The position numbers and the translations under genes are program-made. The notes beneath the pieces were generated by a model that saw only the letters and a program-made list of their open reading frames with translations, ran no database searches and was not told the origin of the DNA. A DNA stretch of 57,181 bases, the filler included, from Basidiobolus ranarum (taxonomy: Eukaryota): the NCBI GenBank assembly GCA_040143965.1. It is 6 parts of 6 records of this genome, joined end to end, with 100 filler letters (N's around TTAATTAATTAA, not from the genome) between each part and the next. Parts side by side here need not be neighbours in the genome. Positions count along the whole stretch, not along the records: positions 47,765 to 57,181 come from JASJQH010007703.1; 5 more parts are not named here. The stretch is one strand, 5' to 3'. Positions 49,569-57,181 of the stretch are shown piece by piece. Each line of letters starts with the position of its first letter. Position 1 is the stretch's first letter.

Positions 49569-51062
49569 AGTTGAACATATGCTATTATACATATATTTAT
49601 AAACATACCTGTTAGTCTGTAGTACTCTTCTTGAAGATGGTCTATTTTTCCCGAGCGTACTCTGTTGATATGTAGGTATTTGCATTCCAAAGACGATGTA
49701 TCAATAGCAAGTCTGTACAATGCTATGGAATACACATTCTACCAAATGTATATGATGAATGTAACCGGATTTTCTTTAGATTATAGAAACAACCTTGTTG
49801 ATGCTTTGCTATCACTGACCAAAGTCTATTTACCCCATTGGTTTTAAATTAATAAATTAGTCTTCAGAGTTTGATACGGACAAATGTTCAGACAATTCGT
49901 GCAACGTTCCTCGTTGAATAAATGATGTGACAATGATAAGGCACATGCTCGTACCACCAATTTATTCCTATTTATTCATATTCCTGTATATTTCGTGATG
50001 TTCCTTGTAAAAATGACACCATTAAATTCCAACATTTCAGAGTTTTCACATCTCTCTACTATTTCCCGCCTTTCCAAGTTTTTTCTTACTTCAAATGGGA
50101 GTATCCAGAATTGAGGAGTGTGGTCATTCCTCACTAGATAACACTTGGCTTGAACCAGAAATATAGCCAACATGCATGACAACATTGCTCGTTCTCAAGA
50201 TAGGCCAGCAATTTAGACTGAAAGCCATGCACAGGTTTGCCGATTTTTTGGCTGATGTATTAGACTCGAATATATAATGTTTCAAATGCTGAGCTTCCAA
50301 ACTCTTGTTCATTTCAAATAGCTTAAACACAAGCAGATTAGAAGACGTCATCTGCCTATGAAGAGTTCATCGGCTGACCATAATATGCCAAGAAATTGGC
50401 CACGTCATACTTGTAGAGAATCCCCTCAAGACTATAAAGAACTCTACCATTCAGAAGCCCAATGGGGATCCATGTATAATTGAATATAAGCGTCCATGAA
50501 ACCTTTGCTTTTGTTAAATGTTTGAGCAATCAACAGATATGACAATAACGCTCTTGGCAAAAGTTCATCGTGTTTATCTTCATACAGCATTAATGAGACT
50601 GGCGACTGAATATCCTTTCAATAACTCTGCATAAATACATGAGCCTGCAATCAATGCGTCAAAGCTCACTAACTAACAATTGACACTCCAGCTAATACAA
50701 TATGTGCGTAGGCTTAAGGTGCGTTTCGTCGGATTGAATATCCGGCGCCTGCGGAAAAATATTTTCTAGATTCCAAAATCACCACTGTCTGCCGAGAAAA
50801 ATATATCATTTGTAATGTAATCTAATAAAAGAGAATTGGCGTTGAAAGATATCATCCATTGAACTGTTTCGAAATGTATGTGTATACTTTAGAGAATGAT
50901 AGAATTGGATTCATGCCTATAACTGTTGAATCAGTGTGTGGCGCTATATATAAGCATCGGTTCTGTTATCTAATAGTTCGGCACATTTCACAAATTGATT
51001 TCATATTTCTTTCTAACCTCAGCTTACACAAGATCGTAAATTTTCTAAAATAATAAACTAGT

Positions 51063-52125
51063 ATGGAAAATACTCTACCCCCTGGCTGGTAAGTTTTCGC
51101 ACCATTTGTAAACTGACCAAATCATCGCTGAATTCCTTTTTTCTCTTCCAGGATTGCTCAATTCGATGGTCTCTCTGGGAAATATTATTTCGTTGGTATG
51201 TAGGTAATACCGAATCTATTTTATTTTTTTATTGCTAACATATTACACAGAAACTACCACCGGACGGACCACTTGGAATGATCCTCGCTTGAACTACCAA
51301 GGTCTTGGTGAGAATCAAGAAAGGGTCAACTCAATGCCCATGCCTTTACCTGATTACTCTTTACCAACTGATCCTCAAAATACTGGCATCGGAATGCCTA
51401 CACCAAACAACTACAACATGCCCAATTACGAAACAACTCGAGTATCAGAAAAGCCACATACTCAAGATGGACTGATGAAAATACCTAGCGAGCCAGGCTA
51501 TAACCCTAATTCATCGAACTTCAAATCGAATAATCCTTTCGCAAAAATTACCACGGATCAAAATCCAGGCTATTCTACTTCTACGCAGCCATCCAATACA
51601 TTGATACAACAAACACCTCAATCTAGTTCGAGTAACAATCCGAATAGCTCCAAAGTGGCCATGTCCGAAAAAGATACCAGAAATCAGGGCACTGCGGCCT
51701 CGTATTTAGATTTGTTCGATAATAATGGTGCACAGGCAAGCACCTTGAATTCTACCGAAAATAATAGATTCTTGGGCTTGGGAAGTAGTTCCACGCCGTC
51801 GGGAACTACTTATGGAGGCCCACCTGGCTACTCCGGATATTATACTGCACCACCCCCTATGGCATCTACTACTACCAAACCGTCCAAAAATAATATGACA
51901 TCCATGGTAGGCGGAGGCTTAGGTGGGTTTGCTCTAGGCCTTGCAACAGGCGGATTATTAAACAGATTGGGTGGTCAAAACCATCATCATTCTGGTTCTT
52001 TCGGAAACTCAGGTTTTTATGGACCTTTTGGATCACCTGGTTTTGGGAATGGACACCATGGACGTTACGGACACCACGGACATCATGGGCACCATGGACA
52101 CCATCACAGAGGTGGATTCTTCTAA
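51063..52125 (+). CDS. WW-domain protein (Wwm1-like) with a Gly/His-rich tail, 2 introns
   Basis: Spliced N-terminus MENTLPPGW|IAQFDGLSGKYYFV|ETTTGRTTWNDPR is a WW domain; a GGGLGGFALGLATGGLL segment and (HHG)n repeats lie near the C-terminus. Confidence 0.85.
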
Positions 52126-53820
52126 TCATGTCTTTTCTTTTACCTGTATATTTCTATTGTAATTATATCGTTTATAGTATCTTCGGTTGTATTCACCGAA
52201 TAAACAAACAACACATGTTGTAATATACATATATGAAATATCATGAGATGTTACTCGTATTTTATTTTGGAGTAAAAAAATGCTCTGTACACTGATATAA
52301 AAATAAAAATATATGAATGCAGAACGGACGAATCAAGTTGATTCTCAGCTATTGAAGCAGAGAAATAGCCTTTCATTAGTCTTCACAGCCTATTCTTTTG
52401 CAGTGATGAAATCAGGCTAAATCCAGATCCACTAAACCAATTGCCTGCAACTAGTTATCGAGAATATTACTATTGATAATCACCTCTCGGACTATTCTAT
52501 AGCATTGACCTTTGTTAGGCCAAATCTAAAAAACACATGATCTAGAACGTATCATGATAATAGATAAATAACAGAGCGCCAGTTTTAGGACATTGTGGTC
52601 GATATTTTTGGAAATATTCAAGTTTCCGGAAAGGTGACTGTAAACATCCCTTCAATAAGAAATCGTTGATGTACATCATCGTTGTAGGGGTATCCAAAAA
52701 GGTTCTCATCGATCGGTATATCTGAGCAAGACTGGCTCATAGAGTGTCTACAGCTGATTCTCGGAAAGGGATGTTTCGTAATGCAGAGAATTCCTGGTGC
52801 TGATTACATGAACTAAACTAAATGAAAGGCTAAACTGTGATGTTTCTCTGATCGGAGTTCGGCAATCTTGTGTTCGACTTTTCACAGATATAATTGGTCC
52901 ACTCTCAGGAAGGATGTCATCACTCTGAGCTAATATGACTGTCAATCAATGGTAATCAACGGTTAGCAATTTCCTATTATTAGGTCATACATGTCTATAT
53001 TCGGCAATGCATGGATGGCCACCCTTCACCAGTGACGACCCGATTCAACTGACCAATATTAGATGGGTTCTGTTGCAAAATCTACTTGATTAATAAACTC
53101 TGCTTTAATTTGCTGCGGCATTAGACAAATGCAGCATTCATATTTACTACCTACTGCTAATGTTTTGTTAACGTGTTTCAGCATCCTACCTAAATGCTTT
53201 GATGCTATTCTTATCAACTACAGCTTGTTTCGCTTAGTTGATGACTTCAGGCTTCCCTCAGAGCAAAAAATCGGCCATTATTTATACTATCCACTTGAGG
53301 CACAAAGTGACTTGAAGTTGGGGTAACAGTACGTTCGAAGTTTTGTAATCGATCGTATATTTAAATCTATATTAGCCGATTGTTGGACCATATCCTCAAA
53401 TAGGAATTCAACCGCACATATATAAATAAGAGAGTTAGGCAATCATCCTCTATCAACAAATAATTATTACATCTATTACCAAACAAACTTCCTCTACAAA
53501 GATTATTACCATTCTTCCTCACGCTATATTCAATAGGCATACTGCCCACTAACTTTACCAGCGTAACATGCCAGAGGCCCATTATCAGCCCCAACATTCA
53601 GTTGTTCAACCTTCATCTGCTTACCTCCTCTCTCCATTCGCCGCAGGCGTTCGTCCTTGCGTTACCTTCTGCATTGCTCAATATTCGCCAACTGTTGGTG
53701 ACGGTTAATTTTCTCCCAGACATTATCTCTCTTTACTAGAAACTTCACACTTTCCAATTCAAACGTGAAAGACTGCTATAACACACTACTTCAATAACTC
53801 CTCAACGAATTTACTTCACC

Positions 53821-54402
53821 ATGCCAGCTGAAATCCGTACTCGTCCACAACAACACAAAACATCTGTTCTTGATGGGCTAGTTTCCTTCATCGAATACAA
53901 AGACCTACGTTTTCTAATCTTGGATTGCCCAACAAATTCGAATATCCAGGTATATCTTCGTGAATTTCGACATTACTTTGTGACTGATGTCGTGCGTGTA
54001 TGTGAGCCCACTTACTCCACTGAGCCATTAACTAACGCAGGCATAAGTGTACAAGATTGGCCTTTCCCCGACGGTAGTATCCCGCCGATGAATATCGTCA
54101 AACAGTGGCTCAACTTGGTGGACTCTTGCGCAAAGCGCAATAAGCGAGGTGAAACCACTACCATTGCTATACACTGTGTTGCAGGATTAGGTCGAGCCCC
54201 GGTATTAGTTGCGTTAGCATTGATTGAAACAGGTATGGAGTCTTTGAATGCTATTGAATTCATTCGTGCCAAACGAAGAGGAGCATTCAATAATCGACAA
54301 ATCGAGTACCTTGATTCCTATAAACGTACCAAACCCGCAGTATCATTCAAAAAATCACTGAACAGGATGTTTAGATTCACTCGAAAAGTAGAAGCAGTAT
54401 GA
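53821..54402 (+). CDS. PRL/PTP4A-family protein tyrosine phosphatase (intronless)
   Basis: RFLILDCPT, VVRVCEPTY, DWPFPDG, HCVAGLGRAPVLVALALIE, IRAKRRGAFN. Confidence 0.93.
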   Translation: MPAEIRTRPQQHKTSVLDGLVSFIEYKDLRFLILDCPTNSNIQVYLREFRHYFVTDVVRVCEPTYSTEPLTNAGISVQDWPFPDGSIPPMNIVKQWLNLVDSCAKRNKRGETTTIAIHCVAGLGRAPVLVALALIETGMESLNAIEFIRAKRRGAFNNRQIEYLDSYKRTKPAVSFKKSLNRMFRFTRKVEAV

Positions 54403-54962
54403 ATGCTCTCTATGTATCTATATATTATATTTACCAAATTTGGTGTTCTTTTATCAAACCAATTACTACATTCAATTCTTTTTACTATACATACTCTACA
54501 TACTTATAACAGAAATAAAATTTCAATCGTTGTCTGTTTGTAATCAACTATCAACTTGAATGCTAAACTGTCATCCTGTGTCATTCATGTTTCACGTAAC
54601 CTAAACCCGTCGCACATCATTTGGAATAGGCAACTCACTTGATACTTCTGTGCATATAGAGATATCTCCAGTATACAATAGAATACACCGGAGATGAGGG
54701 TGTTGACTGTACCAACATTGATTTGTTGTGGTTTCAATCTCAATATACCAGGTTTGTTTTCATCCTACTCTCCTAAGTTTCTTGATCTTAATGCTTCAGA
54801 TTATACTAAATGCAGTATAGAAGATAAAATGTCATCGTGTGGTGTACAAAAGATAATTTTATATAGTAAATAAGAAAGTACAAATTTAAAGGAAACAAAC
54901 AAAAGAACAAATGAAAGAATAAACTGAAAATTTGTGGCACATCAAGTTGGAGCTTTGAACTT

Positions 54963-57092
54963 CTATACATTAATACTACGAGCGACAGAATCAAATAAGC
55001 TTTCAATATCAGGTGCACAACGTGTGAACGAATGGCCCCAGAAATTATACCGCGGGTTCTTGATCAATTCAATGAAAGTGATCAATAATCCCCATGGATG
55101 CGGACGATTAACGATCAAACGTTCTAAAAGAACTCTAGTAACCTGTTCCTTGATCGACTCCTGGGTGCCTTCAGAGAATAGGTAAAGCAAAACACAGCTG
55201 AAATAATGAGTGTGATTGTTGGGATAGCGAAGTTGATTGGCGATCGCACTTAAAAACAAGTAGCGTCCTTCGGAGTCGAGGTCCATCAAAAGCTGCTGGA
55301 AAATGTCCATGGGAGCACTGTGGGCAATAGGTGAAGTGCTTTGGTGCGCTTTGTTTTGAAGTTGGGCAATCGCCTGAGTGCCAACATACAAAACCAGCGA
55401 ATTGATTGTTGACACGTTATATTTGACGCGAGTAAGCTCGCTACCTTCAGTGACCTCCGATGTCAATCTGTTTCGTAGATCGAGCAGGAAAGAGACGGGT
55501 TCGCGAGTATTCAAATAGGCATCAATGTCTTGTTTGAAATCTCCATTCAAAAGAGGAGTGGAGAAATCGGATAAAACGCGTGGAGATTGACTGATTTCAG
55601 GCAAGAGGTCAACCTTAAGATTAGGAGTGAAGGGATCCGGCAACCGCATATTACGAGGGAAAGCACTCAAAATGATGTTACGCGCTTGAATGCAGGTGGG
55701 AGGAACTACATCACAGAAACTGAAATGATAATCACACAAAAACTCTGGGAAGTCATGAAGCAATACAAGTAAAACACGCATAGACCCCTGATAGAGAATG
55801 CGGGTACTTGCGCGATCCAAGTCCTTAAGTAGCGGCCCAATGAATTTAAATAAGCATATCATGAGACGTTGAACAGCCGGCCAGCCCTTTTTGTTCTCTG
55901 CAAGCAATAACTTGGGCATAAATAAACGGTGAGAAATGAGAGTGATCCAGGCGAAAGAAAACCCAGGAAGGAATGAAGGTTGTAAGCTGTGGAAAGTGTT
56001 CGCAAGAGTCGTCAGAATATTATAATAGATTGGTTGCAGCTGCTGTTCATACGAGTTGAAATCGCTCAAAAGATTAGTGAAAAGTCTAAGGTATGGTTTT
56101 TGATTGAATTGACTCTTGTGCTGTTGATGATCATGGACCAAAACCAGAAGGATAATGGACAAAATCTTAGAGAGAAAAGTGATCTTGGCAAGGCTTGGGT
56201 TGGCAGATGCAGGTTCATCATAATGATTAACTAAAACTGCAATCAACTTCGAAAATGCGTCAACGCCTTGATAGGCAGTGGCGGGAGTATGTCCACTGCC
56301 ATCAATGGAATTGCTGTACTTGAGGAATCCTTCGACACTAATTTCAGTGCAAACACGGAAGAAAAGGGAAGTAATATCTTCGCCTTGCAAGACCCCGCGC
56401 TGTTGAAGCTGAAGAGCAAAAGCTGTAAAGGCTTTTTCATTTGAAGAGGTATGGTGGAAGAGTTTGACCCATTCAATAAACATAAAAGTTAATTGTTCAC
56501 GTAGTTGGGCAATCTCAGAATCTTGAGGTGAAGTAGCTCCATGCTTACGGATTTCCTCAAGAAGTTCTACTACTGAACTAGGCCCCTTTCCTCTCTGAGC
56601 CAGGCGTGTGAGGGCGTCTAATGAAGCATTGAAATCAACATGGGTAGCACATGGTGGATCGTCTAGGACACATTTAGCAATCAGTTTGACTGAGAACTCA
56701 ATAACCGATGATCGACCAACTTCGATAAGTTTCGCAAGCTGAGCATCTTGCTCAAGTAGATTAATTAGTCCTACTTTGATTAAACCAACAGTGACGGGGA
56801 TGTTGTATTTTCTCTCATCGTCTGCATAAATCAACCAAGTGGTAACTTCTTTAGCAACTGACGAAGATAGTTCGCACAATCTTTCAAGGACATGAATATA
56901 AACTTCACGAGCAAGATTGGTACCAGCCTTGTAAAGCGATTGGACTATCTTCTGAGAGAATGCCAAAGCAGTTTCATCACGACTACTAGAGTGGGAGGCA
57001 AGAGCTTGAATTTGATGCATTATCACTAGGATGCTGTGTTGTTTGGGGATTGCGGTTAATCCATTAACAGACCCATTATGGAAGGAATCCAA
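54963..57092 (-). CDS. NOT1: CCR4-NOT scaffold Not1, C-terminal region (5' part absent or outside the contig)
   Basis: FNQKPYLRLF, PGFSFAWITLISHRLFMPKLL, LLVLLHDFPEFL, RNIILSAFPRNMRLPDPFTPNLKVDLLPEI, NQLRYPNNHTHYFS, RLIVNRPHPWGLLITFIEL. Confidence 0.95.
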   Translation of the reverse strand: MDSFHNGSVNGLTAIPKQHSILVIMHQIQALASHSSSRDETALAFSQKIVQSLYKAGTNLAREVYIHVLERLCELSSSVAKEVTTWLIYADDERKYNIPVTVGLIKVGLINLLEQDAQLAKLIEVGRSSVIEFSVKLIAKCVLDDPPCATHVDFNASLDALTRLAQRGKGPSSVVELLEEIRKHGATSPQDSEIAQLREQLTFMFIEWVKLFHHTSSNEKAFTAFALQLQQRGVLQGEDITSLFFRVCTEISVEGFLKYSNSIDGSGHTPATAYQGVDAFSKLIAVLVNHYDEPASANPSLAKITFLSKILSIILLVLVHDHQQHKSQFNQKPYLRLFTNLLSDFNSYEQQLQPIYYNILTTLANTFHSLQPSFLPGFSFAWITLISHRLFMPKLLLAENKKGWPAVQRLMICLFKFIGPLLKDLDRASTRILYQGSMRVLLVLLHDFPEFLCDYHFSFCDVVPPTCIQARNIILSAFPRNMRLPDPFTPNLKVDLLPEISQSPRVLSDFSTPLLNGDFKQDIDAYLNTREPVSFLLDLRNRLTSEVTEGSELTRVKYNVSTINSLVLYVGTQAIAQLQNKAHQSTSPIAHSAPMDIFQQLLMDLDSEGRYLFLSAIANQLRYPNNHTHYFSCVLLYLFSEGTQESIKEQVTRVLLERLIVNRPHPWGLLITFIELIKNPRYNFWGHSFTRCAPDIESLFDSVARSINV

Positions 57093-57181
57093 GAATTACA
57101 TGATCAAATTTTCTTTTACTTAATAGTAGTATTAGTATTAGTAAGCTGGATGTTAGGTTCAATCTTATACAAATTCCATTC

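Noticed and set aside
45934-54402. Magnesium-homeostasis cluster (MgtA + PRL phosphatase)
   Set aside because: The two genes are on different contigs separated by a linker, so their adjacency is artificial

Overview
This window is eukaryotic (fungal) DNA and is not one continuous locus. It consists of six unrelated ~9.4-kb contigs (9466, 9463, 9449, 9445, 9441, 9417 bp, in decreasing length) joined by artificial N44-TTAATTAATTAA-N44 linkers. The AT-rich sequence, short GT-AG introns and gene set (PRL phosphatase, GT41 O-GlcNAc transferase, MgtA-type ATPase, short Mia40) point to an early-diverging fungus, Zoopagomycota/Mucoromycota-like (inference). Recognisable genes: RSA4/Notchless, PP2C (PTC1-like), RPS13, a probable mitochondrial protein, MIA40 (partial), HEATR5/LAA1 (partial), ERG3, OGT-like TPR protein (partial), actin 3' end, AMACR, kinesin-8, two near-identical PTR/POT peptide transporters, a small secreted protein, MgtA-like P-type ATPase (partial), IDO/BNA2, a WW-domain protein, PRL/PTP4A phosphatase and the NOT1 C-terminal region. 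The most notable item is a decayed Fanzor (eukaryotic TnpB-like RNA-guided nuclease) at ~17.9-19.0 kb, fused in frame to an unrelated acidic reading frame. Also notable are a 67-aa candidate PP1-docking microprotein in a gene-poor stretch, gene-conversion-like homogenisation of the PTR pair, and an intronless bacterial-type Mg2+ ATPase. All identifications come from motif recognition by eye; no database searches were run.
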